Source of the DNA: Gemmatimonadota bacterium | GTDB taxonomy: Bacteria; Gemmatimonadota; Gemmatimonadetes; Gemmatimonadales; JACORV01 | Length of the DNA stretch: 64,000 bases | Assembly (NCBI GenBank): GCA_041476105.1 | Contig: JBGOSS010000015.1 | Span: 2,829-66,828 of the forward strand | Direction: 5' to 3' | Shown here: one piece after another, positions 7,942 through 16,237 of the stretch | Numbering within the stretch: position 1 is the stretch's first letter | Layout of the letters: every line of letters begins with the position of its first letter | Made by a program: the position numbers and the translations under genes | The notes under the pieces: model-generated | Seen by the model: the letters and a program-made list of their open reading frames with translations, nothing else | Told to the model about the DNA's origin: nothing | Databases searched by the model: none

Positions 7942-8292
7942 TTGGCGGGCATGGTCGTCGCCTTGGGTGGCGCCGCCGTGGCCCTGTGGTGCATCCTCAC
8001 CTTCGTCGTCGTCGGCAAGGGAACGCCCGCACCCTTCGACCCGCCGCGCCAGCTGGTGATGCGGGGGCCGTACCGCCTGGTTCGCAATCCCATGTACCTC
8101 GGGGCGGGCCTGGCGCTCTGCGGGGCGGCGATCTTCTATCGCTCGCCGGCGCTCCTCGGCTACGTGCTGGCGCTGGCTGTCATCACCCACGCGTTCGTGG
8201 TGTGGTACGAGGAGCCTACGCTGCGCCGCCTCTTCGGCACCGACTACGAGGCCTATCGATCGCGGGTGCGCCGCTGGCTGCCGCGCGCGTAG
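7942..8292 (+). CDS. Isoprenylcysteine carboxyl methyltransferase (ICMT)-family membrane protein (5' end unresolved)
   Basis: Motifs GTPAPFDPPRQLVMRGPYRLVRNPMYLG and WYEEPTLRRLFGTDYEAYRSRVRRWLP. The frame is open back to 7804 and encodes a family-typical first helix (FILARAATYSTLFIGLLLVFLPGRVLSW), but there is no ATG/GTG/TTG there. Confidence 0.75.
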   Translation: MAGMVVALGGAAVALWCILTFVVVGKGTPAPFDPPRQLVMRGPYRLVRNPMYLGAGLALCGAAIFYRSPALLGYVLALAVITHAFVVWYEEPTLRRLFGTDYEAYRSRVRRWLPRA

Positions 8293-8346
8293 GCCGGCGA
8301 GCATCAGGGTGAGCACCGTAGCGCTCTTCGCCACGGGTCGTTAGCG
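8289..8346 (+). repeat. Possible short attC-like element
   Basis: The 3' end CTCTTCGCCACGGGTCGTTAGCGTAGC resembles the site 2 3' end (CGCTTGACGCTTATCCGTTAGCCAGC), with core GTTAGCG 8340-8346. Stop TAG 8290-8292 lies in the putative left core. GGCGAG / CTC(TT)CGCC pairing. Confidence 0.3.
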
Positions 8347-8372
8347 TAGCCCGGTCACTCCGGGAGGCTGCC

Positions 8373-8738
8373 ATGCAATCCTCGTCCGCTCGTTGCGCGA
8401 TCCTGATTCTCGGCACCCTGGTTGGCGCACCTGGTCTTGCCGTCGGGCAGGGGATTGCTCCGCTGCGCCTCGGCGGCGGGAGCTCGCTCTGGCCATCACC
8501 CTCGCCGTTCCCGAGCCCGAGGCAGAGTCCGCTGTCCCTGCATCCCGCGACACCAATGGCCACGGCGTTACCGCTGTGCACCATGCCGGTGATGGTCCCC
8601 GACCTGTCGCAGTTGGAGCGGATGCCGGGGTCGCATGCCCCCGGTCCCGGCGTGATCGGGACTGAACGGTTCGGGTGCTTCAATCCGCTGGGCCCGCGGC
8701 CGACGACAACTCGCGATCGGGTCCCCGAGCATCCGTAG
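8373..8738 (+). CDS. Hypothetical secreted protein
   Basis: GGGAGG lies 6 nt upstream of the ATG. Signal peptide MQSSSARCAILILGTLVGAPGLAVGQG. The remainder is Pro/Ser-rich. Confidence 0.45.
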   Translation: MQSSSARCAILILGTLVGAPGLAVGQGIAPLRLGGGSSLWPSPSPFPSPRQSPLSLHPATPMATALPLCTMPVMVPDLSQLERMPGSHAPGPGVIGTERFGCFNPLGPRPTTTRDRVPEHP

Positions 8739-8739
8739 G

Positions 8740-9429
8740 GTGCCGCCTCTCCCGCTGCCGCTCCGCTCGGTCGTGACGACGCTGCGCCGGTACTACGGCG
8801 CGCCGCCAAGACCGGTCAGCCGCGATCCCTTCCGGCTCATCCTGTGGGAGCAGGTCGCCTACCTGGTCCCCGATGCGCAGCGCCACCAGGCGTTCAAGGC
8901 CCTGCGGGAGGAGGTCGGGCTGACACCGAGTGACATCGAGGCGGCGAGCGCCGCGACGCTGGTGCGCATCGCGCGCCTGGGTGGACCGATCGCCGCCGGG
9001 GTGCGCGCGGGTCGCCTGCGCAGCTCCGCCGAGCGTGTCATGGGGCGCTGGGATGGGCACCTGGCCGTCGCACTCCGTGGACTGCCCCTGGCGCAGGCGC
9101 GCCGGGCCCTGGCGCAGTTCGCCATGATCGGCGAGCCCGGAGCGGACAAGATCCTGGTCTTCGGCGGGCGCGCGCACCTCCTGCCCCTCGACTCCAACGG
9201 CCTGCGTGTCCTCTGCCGGCTGGGCCTCACCTCCGAGCAGCGCGACTACCGGGCGACCTACCGGCACGCCCAGGCGTCGCTGGCGCCCGTCCTGCCGCGC
9301 ACCTCGGCTGCGCTGGTCGCCGCGTACTACCTGCTCCGACGCCACGGCCAGGAGCTCTGCCGGCGGAAGGCGCCGCTCTGCACGCGGTGCCCCCTCCAGG
9401 ATCGCTGCCCGTATGGTCGTGCTCACTGA
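8740..9429 (+). CDS. HhH-GPD / endonuclease III-like DNA glycosylase-fold protein with Fe-S cluster loop
   Basis: C-terminal CRRKAPLCTRCPLQDRC (C-x6-C-x2-C-x5-C), as in Nth/MutY. Helix-hairpin-helix-like MIGEPGADKILVFG. Confidence 0.75.
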   Translation: MPPLPLPLRSVVTTLRRYYGAPPRPVSRDPFRLILWEQVAYLVPDAQRHQAFKALREEVGLTPSDIEAASAATLVRIARLGGPIAAGVRAGRLRSSAERVMGRWDGHLAVALRGLPLAQARRALAQFAMIGEPGADKILVFGGRAHLLPLDSNGLRVLCRLGLTSEQRDYRATYRHAQASLAPVLPRTSAALVAAYYLLRRHGQELCRRKAPLCTRCPLQDRCPYGRAH

Positions 9430-9443
9430 CGCGGCAGGGCGAA

Positions 9444-9506
9444 CTCCCCTCTTGCGCGCCGGCACTTTGTGATACAAAGTACGGTGTCCGCCGGACGCGA
9501 GGGGAG
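9444..9506 (+). promoter_or_regulatory. Nested inverted repeat upstream of 9509 ORF (anti-SD/SD pairing plus ACTTTG-N5-CAAAGT palindrome)
   Basis: CTCCCCTCTTGCGCGCCGG (9444-9462) pairs with CCGGACGCGAGGGGAG (9491-9506), which contains the GAGGGGAG Shine-Dalgarno 3 nt before ATG 9509. Inner palindrome ACTTTGTGATACAAAGT at 9464-9480. Confidence 0.4.
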
Positions 9507-9508
9507 CC

Positions 9509-9895
9509 ATGACCGCCGTTGAGAAGTACTTCTTCACGCCGCTGTACCATCCCGGCAGCTCGTGGTCCGTGATCCGCTGGTGGGAGTCGCGCCGGGTCCT
9601 GTTCAACCTCTCGGTCGGCGGCGCCGGTCTCCTGTCCGTCGGCGTCGCCAGCCTCCTCGCGGGCCCGCCGCCGCTGCGGCTGCTTACCGGCGGCGTGCTG
9701 GTCTACGGAGTCATGGCCAACGTCTGTTACACGCTCGGGCCGGCCACCGACCTGGCCTTGCGCCGCCTCCTGGGTGAGCGCGCGCCGGCCATTGGCCCGG
9801 TGCTCTTCCGCTACGGATTCGTGTTCTCGATGGGTCTCACCTTGCTGCCCATTCCGCTCGCGGCGGTGGGCTGGCTCGTGCGCCTCTTCCTCTAG
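9509..9895 (+). CDS. Hypothetical membrane protein (128 aa)
   Basis: Strong SD and three to four hydrophobic helices. No family recognised. Confidence 0.65.
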   Translation: MTAVEKYFFTPLYHPGSSWSVIRWWESRRVLFNLSVGGAGLLSVGVASLLAGPPPLRLLTGGVLVYGVMANVCYTLGPATDLALRRLLGERAPAIGPVLFRYGFVFSMGLTLLPIPLAAVGWLVRLFL

Positions 9896-9932
9896 CTGGC
9901 GCGTCACGCGCGCCGGCCCTAAGGGTATCCTC

Positions 9933-10259
9933 ATGCGCACTCGGCTCACCTGGCTCGCCGTCGCGGTGGCGTTGGCCATCGGCATCGCGATCGGCTACGT
10001 CGACTCGCGCCCGACCTGGGACGACACGGGCATCACGGCAGGCTCGGTCTTCCTGGCGGCCGCGATCCTCTCGGCGGTCCGGCCGCGGGCCGCCTGGCTG
10101 GTCGGTCTGGCCGCCGGCGCGCCGGTCCTGGTCTTCAACGTCGTTCTGTCCGGCAACTTCGGGTCGGCGGTCGCAATCGCCATCGGGCTCGTCGGCGCGC
10201 TGGTGGGCTTCCTGGTCGGGAAGGCGGCCGGCCTGGGCGGAGCCCCACGGTCCGCGTGA
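9933..10259 (+). CDS. Hypothetical small membrane protein
   Basis: ATG 9933 (MRTRLTWLAVAVALAIGIAIGYV...). Three helices. The ORF-track start at 9774 overlaps the previous gene. Confidence 0.6.
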   Translation: MRTRLTWLAVAVALAIGIAIGYVDSRPTWDDTGITAGSVFLAAAILSAVRPRAAWLVGLAAGAPVLVFNVVLSGNFGSAVAIAIGLVGALVGFLVGKAAGLGGAPRSA

Positions 10260-11086
10260 CGACGTGGCAGGAACTTCTTCAGCCGGGCCGCGCTTCGCGG
10301 TTCTTCGAGCGCCGGCCGCTCCCGACCTTCAATCCCGGCACGCCCGGTTACGACGCGGCAAACGCCTGGTGGCTCGCCGAGCTTAGTCGTCTCGTCTACC
10401 GGCACGATGTCGAGGAAGACGCGACGCCCTTGCTGCCATTGCGCAGCAGCTTTCTCGCCGAAGCCGGCTTGCGTCAGGTGGCGTTCTTCCTCGCGCCGGC
10501 GACCGACACGCAGGGCTATCTCGTCAGGTTGGACGGGCCCGCGCCCTTTGCGGCCCTGGTATTCCGGGGCACCGAGGGGAGGATGAAGGACATCGAACAC
10601 GATCTGGAAATTGATACGGTGCCGCTCCCGAATCTTGCCGCGCGGGTGCATGAAGGATTCACCGAGGCGCTGAACTCCGTATGGGGAAACGTCGTCGCGG
10701 AGCTGGATCGCCTGGTATGCCCGGTCTTCTACGCCGGCCACAGCCTCGGCGCCGCGCTCGCCACGCTGGCGGCCTCGCGCCGTGCGCCGCGCGCGCTGTA
10801 CACCTTCGGATCCCCGCGCGTCGGCAACGCGGCGTTCGCGGCCTCCCTGGCCGGCGTCCCCGTGTTTCGAGTCGTCAACCGCGCGGACGTGGTCGCGACG
10901 CTCCCGCCCGAGCGGCTGGGATACGCGCACGTGGGTGAGCTCCACCACCTTGCCGCTGCCGCTGAGGCCCTGTCCACGCACGGTCTCCTCTCCCGGCTCC
11001 GGCGCCTGGGAAAGCCGCCGGAGCCCCTGGGCGACCACGCACCTATCAACTATGTCGAGCACCTGGCCGCCAACGATGCTGGGTAA
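10256..11086 (+). CDS. Class 3 lipase family protein
   Basis: GTG start with a GTGA overlap on the previous stop. VFRGTE, HEGF and the nucleophile elbow GHSLGAALA, then YTFGSPRVGN. Confidence 0.85.
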   Translation: MTTWQELLQPGRASRFFERRPLPTFNPGTPGYDAANAWWLAELSRLVYRHDVEEDATPLLPLRSSFLAEAGLRQVAFFLAPATDTQGYLVRLDGPAPFAALVFRGTEGRMKDIEHDLEIDTVPLPNLAARVHEGFTEALNSVWGNVVAELDRLVCPVFYAGHSLGAALATLAASRRAPRALYTFGSPRVGNAAFAASLAGVPVFRVVNRADVVATLPPERLGYAHVGELHHLAAAAEALSTHGLLSRLRRLGKPPEPLGDHAPINYVEHLAANDAG

Positions 11087-11456
11087 GGCGAAGCTCACGG
11101 CGTTTGCCGCGACCACCCAGCCAGCCCGGGCAAAGGCGTTCTATCAGAAGACGCTTGGCCTTCGTCTGCTCACGGACGATCAGTTCGCGCTCGCCTTCGA
11201 CTCCAACGGCGTGCAGCTGCGGATCCAGAAAGTGGAGAAGCACACGCCTCTGCCGTTCACGGTTCTGGGCTGGGAGGTTCCGAGTATCCGGAGGGCCATG
11301 ACGGGGCTGTCCAAGGCCGGAGTCACCTTCGAGCGGTACACTTTTCTCGAGCAGGACGCGGCGGGCGCCTGGACGGCGCCCAGCGGCACCAGGATCGCGT
11401 GGTTCAAGGACCCCGACGGCAATCTGCTTTCACTCGCCGAGGGTGGGGCTGCCTGA
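11076..11456 (+). CDS. VOC (glyoxalase/bleomycin-resistance) family protein
   Basis: 126 aa with FYQKTLGL...LRIQKV...IAWFKDPDGNLLSL, typical of the VOC fold. Confidence 0.8.
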   Translation: MLGKAKLTAFAATTQPARAKAFYQKTLGLRLLTDDQFALAFDSNGVQLRIQKVEKHTPLPFTVLGWEVPSIRRAMTGLSKAGVTFERYTFLEQDAAGAWTAPSGTRIAWFKDPDGNLLSLAEGGAA

Positions 11457-11616
11457 CGAAGAGCGCTCCGCCTACTCGGCCCTGAGCGCCTCCACCGGCT
11501 CGAAGGCCGTGCAGGGGAGTGCGATGCCGCAACCTGCCGCCGGGTTTACCTGACCCGAGCGTCTCGGTTGTGTCCAGCACGCCTGTCTGACACCGTCAGC
11601 GGCATGGTGACGTACG

Positions 11617-12333
11617 GTGGCCATGATCCCCGCGGCGAGAGCGGGCGAGCCGCAGCAACAGCTCACGCGTGAAGTCCGCTTCATTCTCTGCTACGGCGCC
11701 GTCTACGTCGCCTATCTTTTCGCGAATCCCGAGCGCGAGCTCCTGCATTGGCTCACGCTCGTCATGCTGCCCGCGGCCGCGATAGCCCGGGTCGGCCGCT
11801 ACGCCTCGGTGGCAGCGCTCCTGAGGTCGGTAGGCCTGTCGCGCGAGGCGGGGCGTGCTGGTTGGCCGCTTGCGCTCGGCCTGGCTCTCGCGTTTCAGGC
11901 TGTGCAGCTACTCAACCAGACTCAGCGCGGGGCCGTGTTCGCGGCGCTTGAGGCGCCCCTTGGCCTGCTGCTTGCCCCGCTGGCCTTCGCGCTGCTGGTC
12001 GGCACCGCCGCGACAACCGAGGAGTTCTTCTTCCGCGGCATCCTTCAGACCCGCCTCGCGGCTTTGCTGAGAAGTGAGGGTGCGGCCGCGTTACTGGTCA
12101 CCGGCGCCTTCGTCCTCTATCACATCCCTTATGCGTATCTGACCTGGCCCTCGGCAGGCAATGTCTCGGCTGCCGTCCGGGCCGCGGCTGTGAATGGCCT
12201 CGTCGGGGGGCTGCCGCTCGGCATCCTGTTCTGGCGCAGTCGGCACAATCTCATTGCAACGGTCTTCCTGCACGCCTGCATCGACCTGCTTCCGGCGATC
12301 CGGATGCTGGCAACGCGACTGGCGGCTTCCTGA
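11617..12333 (+). CDS. CPBP family intramembrane glutamic endopeptidase (CAAX protease-like)
   Basis: Motif 1 TEEFFFRGILQ, motif 2 FVLYH, motif 3 FLHACIDLL. Confidence 0.85.
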   Translation: MAMIPAARAGEPQQQLTREVRFILCYGAVYVAYLFANPERELLHWLTLVMLPAAAIARVGRYASVAALLRSVGLSREAGRAGWPLALGLALAFQAVQLLNQTQRGAVFAALEAPLGLLLAPLAFALLVGTAATTEEFFFRGILQTRLAALLRSEGAAALLVTGAFVLYHIPYAYLTWPSAGNVSAAVRAAAVNGLVGGLPLGILFWRSRHNLIATVFLHACIDLLPAIRMLATRLAAS

Positions 12334-12405
12334 CCATGGCAGCACGCTGTCAGACAGCGGCACGCGCGTTCGTTACACCGTGGCAGGAGCCAAGCGACAG
12401 GAGGC

Positions 12406-12843
12406 GTGGCAATGACGAGATCTCTCTGGATGGCGGCCGCGGCCCTGATCGCGGCCGGTTGCAAGGGACCGGCCGAGGAGGGCCCGCCCGTGAGTCACGT
12501 CATCCAGGCGTCGAGCCCGGTGGAGGTCTGGCTGGCGATCGGCGATGAAGTACGCGTGGACTCCATCCTGCGCCTCGCCTTCTCTGGCGTACCCGCCGAT
12601 TCCCGCTGCCCGACGAGCGTGGTCTGTGCCTGGGCGGGCGATGGGGCAGTGGCGCTCCAACACCGGCTCGGCATGGGGCCCTCGTACCCCGATACGCTCC
12701 ACACGACCCTCGATCCCCAGCACGTGCAGTTCGCCGGCTACGTGATCACGCTGCTGAACCTGGGGCCCGATCCGCACGACACGAACCCGATCCCCGCGGA
12801 CGAATATGCGGCGCGACTGCGCATCGAGCGCAGCCAGCCATGA
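12406..12843 (+). CDS. Lipoprotein, unknown function
   Basis: Lipobox LIAAGC near the N-terminus. Mature domain of about 120 aa. Confidence 0.65.
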   Translation: MAMTRSLWMAAAALIAAGCKGPAEEGPPVSHVIQASSPVEVWLAIGDEVRVDSILRLAFSGVPADSRCPTSVVCAWAGDGAVALQHRLGMGPSYPDTLHTTLDPQHVQFAGYVITLLNLGPDPHDTNPIPADEYAARLRIERSQP

Positions 12844-13502
12844 GGGCATCGGCCCGGGCCGGGCGGGCAGCGAGGGATCGGCGGCACGCGGGTCAGTCAG
12901 GTGTCGTACGCGTCCTGAGGCTTGGCGTGGTCACGGCGGCTCTCGCCTCGGGCGCCTGCGCCGACCCGGCGGCCCCTGCTCGCCCCGCGGAGCTACCGAC
13001 GGATGCGGTTCTGCTGGCAGTCGCCGAGGGTGTGAATGCCGGCCTGACGGTGACATGCCGGATCGATTTCATCGCGACACTCCATCCCACGAGTGCCGAC
13101 TATCGCGGGACGATGGGTGGTGAAATCCAGCGGAAGGCGCTCGCTCCCGACGAGTCCGGCATCTCCTTTTTTGGCGACGCGTACTACGCCGATGTCCGCG
13201 TGGTTGTCAGCTCTGACGGTCGGGCGTCGATTGCGTCGTACCAGGACGGTGTCCCCGTGCAGCCGACCGGCGAGAGTCGTTTCTGGGACGAGCTGCGCTC
13301 GTTCGAGGGACGATACGATGCGTCCAGCCGCACCGTTTCCGGGAGCTGGACGTGCCGTCCGGTAGACGCGCACGGAGACACCGCCGGCGCGGTCGAGGGG
13401 CACTGGACGCTTCAAGCCGCGGGATCGTCCTCGTGGGTGCACCTCGAGCCCCGGCCGGAGCGCGTGAGGGTTGTTGTCCGCCCAAGCCGGAGTTCACGAT
13501 GA
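12840..13502 (+). CDS. Lipoprotein, unknown function
   Basis: ATGA overlap with the previous gene. Lipobox ALASGAC. The start could be an internal GTG. Confidence 0.6.
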   Translation: MRASARAGRAARDRRHAGQSGVVRVLRLGVVTAALASGACADPAAPARPAELPTDAVLLAVAEGVNAGLTVTCRIDFIATLHPTSADYRGTMGGEIQRKALAPDESGISFFGDAYYADVRVVVSSDGRASIASYQDGVPVQPTGESRFWDELRSFEGRYDASSRTVSGSWTCRPVDAHGDTAGAVEGHWTLQAAGSSSWVHLEPRPERVRVVVRPSRSSR

Positions 13503-13888
13503 CCGTTGAGCCGCGCCTGGGCCGCCCGTTCGCGCGCCTGGCGATCCCCTGTGCCCTGCTCCTCGGTTGCGCCGACTCGGTCGCTCCGACGCAGGATGTC
13601 ACGGGCACGTGGGTGGCGGCACAGGTGGAGTCGATAACCAGCATCGATCTCACGCAGCATGGGACCGCGGTGGGGGGCACGGGCACGTACTGGCGCTTCG
13701 TCAATCCTCCGACCGGTACGCTCACGATCACCGGCACGTATGTGCCGCCGATTCTGCGGGTTACGCTGGCCTACGACAACGGGGCCACGGCGACCTACAC
13801 CGCCCGCGCTCTGGACGGCGTGCACCTGGAAGGCACCGCGAACTTCGGAGGAGGCATCGTCGACAGCCTGGCGTTTACGCGACAATAG
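13499..13888 (+). CDS. Lipoprotein, unknown function
   Basis: ATGA overlap. Signal and lipobox IPCALLLGC. Beta-rich mature part. Confidence 0.65.
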   Translation: MTVEPRLGRPFARLAIPCALLLGCADSVAPTQDVTGTWVAAQVESITSIDLTQHGTAVGGTGTYWRFVNPPTGTLTITGTYVPPILRVTLAYDNGATATYTARALDGVHLEGTANFGGGIVDSLAFTRQ

Positions 13889-14071
13889 TCCCTGGCCGAT
13901 TTCCTTCCCGGGTTCAGCAACGTGAAAACCATCCTGCGCAGTGCACATCCACGCAACGTAGAACGGCCCGGATCGCCGGCAGGTCCACTTGCCCGCTGGT
14001 GCCGCGACCTCTATGCTCTCCGTGCCCCGGCCCATCACTCGGCCGCGCCACTCATTTTGCGGAGGCTACCG

Positions 14072-14524
14072 ATGCGTACGGCTCACGTCGCCCTGCTTGC
14101 GCTCCTCGCGACCACCCCCGCCTGGGGTCAAACCCCCGCTGCCGGCATCCAGTGGGGACCGTCGCCGCCGTTCTTCCCCACCGGTGCGCGGTTCGCGGTG
14201 CTCCAGGGCGATCCCTCGAAGACCGGTGTCTACACGGTGCGCCTCTCGATGCCTCCCGGGTACGTCATCAAGCCGCACTATCACCCCACCGACGAGCATA
14301 TCACCGTCATCACCGGCACCTTCGAGGTCGGGATGGGTGACGCGGTCGACACGACCCACATGCAGCGGCTCGCGTCCGGCGACTTCATCACCGCACCGGC
14401 GCGTGCGCATCACTTCGCCATGGCCCAGGGACGGACGGTGGTGCAGGTCCACGGGCAAGGGCCTTTCGCCATCACGTACGTGCATCCCGATGACGACCCG
14501 CGACATGGCAGAGCGGCTCCCTAG
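14072..14524 (+). CDS. Secreted cupin domain protein
   Basis: Signal peptide MRTAHVALLALLATTPAWGQ. Cupin motifs KPHYHPTDEHITVITG and HHFAM. Confidence 0.75.
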   Translation: MRTAHVALLALLATTPAWGQTPAAGIQWGPSPPFFPTGARFAVLQGDPSKTGVYTVRLSMPPGYVIKPHYHPTDEHITVITGTFEVGMGDAVDTTHMQRLASGDFITAPARAHHFAMAQGRTVVQVHGQGPFAITYVHPDDDPRHGRAAP

Positions 14525-14641
14525 CGCGACACATGGGTCGCGGCGGGCCGGCTCGTTGCCGTTGCGGTCGCGGCGTGCCGGAGCACGACCAGTGCTGATC
14601 CGAAGAGGGTTCGTATCTCGGGACGTCAACAGGAGGACACC

Positions 14642-15100
14642 ATGAGCTCGCTCGGTTTCCGCATGACCGTCGTCAGCCTCTGGCTGCTGGGGCCGGGAAT
14701 GCTCCAGGCGCAGGCAACCGCCAACGTGCAGGTCGATTTCGCCAGTACCGCGGTCTCGCTCGTCGGCCACCCCGCGATGATCTCGGCGATCCGCCACGAC
14801 AGCGTGATCGCGCAGATCGAAACCGTGCTGCGCAATGGGGAGCGTCTCTCGAACATCGCGGTCGGGCAGTACGACATCCGGGTCGAGAGCGAGGGCGCCG
14901 TGACGGAAGTCAAGCGAGGCGTGCAGGTCATCGCCGGGCGTGGGGCGCAGCTCCAGTTCGCGCTCCGTCCGGGCCAGGGTGTGCACATCGTGGAGTTCGC
15001 GACCGGCGGGATCTCCCGGGAGGAAGTGGCCACCCGTCTGGCACGCCTCGAGGCGGCCGTCACCGAGCTCCAGCGCGCCGCGGCCGCTCGCCGCCCATGA
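14642..15100 (+). CDS. Hypothetical secreted protein (CarboxypepD_reg-like beta-sandwich plus C-terminal helix)
   Basis: AGGAGG SD, a signal peptide, and the motif GQYDIRVESEGAVTEVKRGVQV. Confidence 0.55.
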   Translation: MSSLGFRMTVVSLWLLGPGMLQAQATANVQVDFASTAVSLVGHPAMISAIRHDSVIAQIETVLRNGERLSNIAVGQYDIRVESEGAVTEVKRGVQVIAGRGAQLQFALRPGQGVHIVEFATGGISREEVATRLARLEAAVTELQRAAAARRP

Positions 15101-15217
15101 GCGTCCCCTGACTCGGCGCTGATTCCGGTGTTCACGGAGTCGGCCGAGCTCTGCCACGCCATCTACTTCGGTTTCAAGGACTACGCCGCCGTCGCGGAGG
15201 CCGCGCCATAACCCACC

Positions 15218-15247
15218 TTGACATATCCATGCGCCATGGCCTATATA
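15218..15247 (+). promoter_or_regulatory. Sigma-70-type promoter of arsR-like gene (TTGACA-18-TATATA), transcript probably leaderless
   Basis: TTGACA 15218-15223 and TATATA 15242-15247. The ATG at 15252 lies only 5 nt after the -10. The imperfect palindrome ATGGCCTATATAGGACAT overlaps the -10. Confidence 0.5.
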
Positions 15248-15251
15248 GGAC

Positions 15252-15587
15252 ATGGCCTATGGACAGACACTGGAAGCCCTTGCCGACCCCACGCGCCGGG
15301 CGCTGTACGAGCGGCTCCGGTCCGGCCCGCACACTGTCGGTGAGCTCGCCGCGTTCGCGCGGGTCCGCCAACCGACGGTCTCCCAGCACCTGCGGGTGCT
15401 GCGGGAGGCGAAGCTGGTGGCCGACCGCAGGGCGGGGACGCGCCGCTACTATCGTGCCTCGCGCGACGGTCTCGCGGATCTGCGCCGCTACGTGGAGTCG
15501 CTCTGGGACGATGTGCTCGCCGCCTACGCGGCGGACGACCCGCATCCGCCGGCGCGGCGTCGCGCCGGAATGAAAGGGCCGCGCTGA
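15252..15587 (+). CDS. ArsR/SmtB family transcriptional regulator
   Basis: LADPTRRALYERL...HTVGELA...QPTVSQHLRVLREAKLV winged-helix signature. Confidence 0.9.
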   Translation: MAYGQTLEALADPTRRALYERLRSGPHTVGELAAFARVRQPTVSQHLRVLREAKLVADRRAGTRRYYRASRDGLADLRRYVESLWDDVLAAYAADDPHPPARRRAGMKGPR

Positions 15588-16141
15588 TGGCCGGGAATCC
15601 GGAGCAGGCGGCGGCGCCGATCCGCCGTTCCGTCTTGGTATCGTGGGATCCGGACCACGCCTTCCGGCGCTTCACGGCGGAGTTCGCCGAGTGGTGGCCG
15701 CGGTATGCGCTTTCCATCGGTGGCAGGCGGGTGAAGCGCGTCGTCCTGGAGTGCCGAGTGGGCGGGCTGATCTACGAAGAGCACCACGACGGGACGCGGT
15801 TCCGGTGGGGAACGGTCGTGACGCTGGATCCGCCCCGTCGCATCGCCTTCACCTATCATGCGACGCGGGCCGAGTCCGACGCCCAGCATGTCGAGGTGAC
15901 TTTCGTTCCCGAGGGCACCGGAACGCGCGTGGAGCTGGTCTCGAGCGGGTGGGAGAAGATGGGGAAGGACGCCCAACGGGCCCACGGCGGATTCCGCTTG
16001 TCCTGGGGCTGCGCGCTCGACGGCTTCGCCGGCCGGTTCAGTGGTGTCCGCATTCTCTTCACCGTGATGTGCGCGGCCATCGACATCACCGGACAGCGCA
16101 ACTCCTTCATCCGCGGGAGCCTCGGGCGCATGGACTCCTGA
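15587..16141 (+). CDS. SRPBCC (AHSA1/START-like) domain protein
   Basis: Classic ArsR-SRPBCC gene pair with overlapping TGATG junction. Motifs WWP...GGRRVKRVVLECRVGG...EHHDG. Confidence 0.8.
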   Translation: MAGNPEQAAAPIRRSVLVSWDPDHAFRRFTAEFAEWWPRYALSIGGRRVKRVVLECRVGGLIYEEHHDGTRFRWGTVVTLDPPRRIAFTYHATRAESDAQHVEVTFVPEGTGTRVELVSSGWEKMGKDAQRAHGGFRLSWGCALDGFAGRFSGVRILFTVMCAAIDITGQRNSFIRGSLGRMDS

Positions 16142-16237
16142 CGTCCAGGCGACGCGCTTGAGCATCGGGGCGGACGCGGTACCTTAGTTCACGACGACGG
16201 TACCGGTCGCGATCCCCACGTGCACAGCGGAGCCCGG

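Noticed and set aside
6318-8312. 664-aa plus-strand ORF, plus 5157..6002, 5399..6337 and 6631..7707
   Set aside because: Shadow ORFs overlapping the ankyrin, SGNH and ICMT genes. No motifs and extreme Arg/Pro content.
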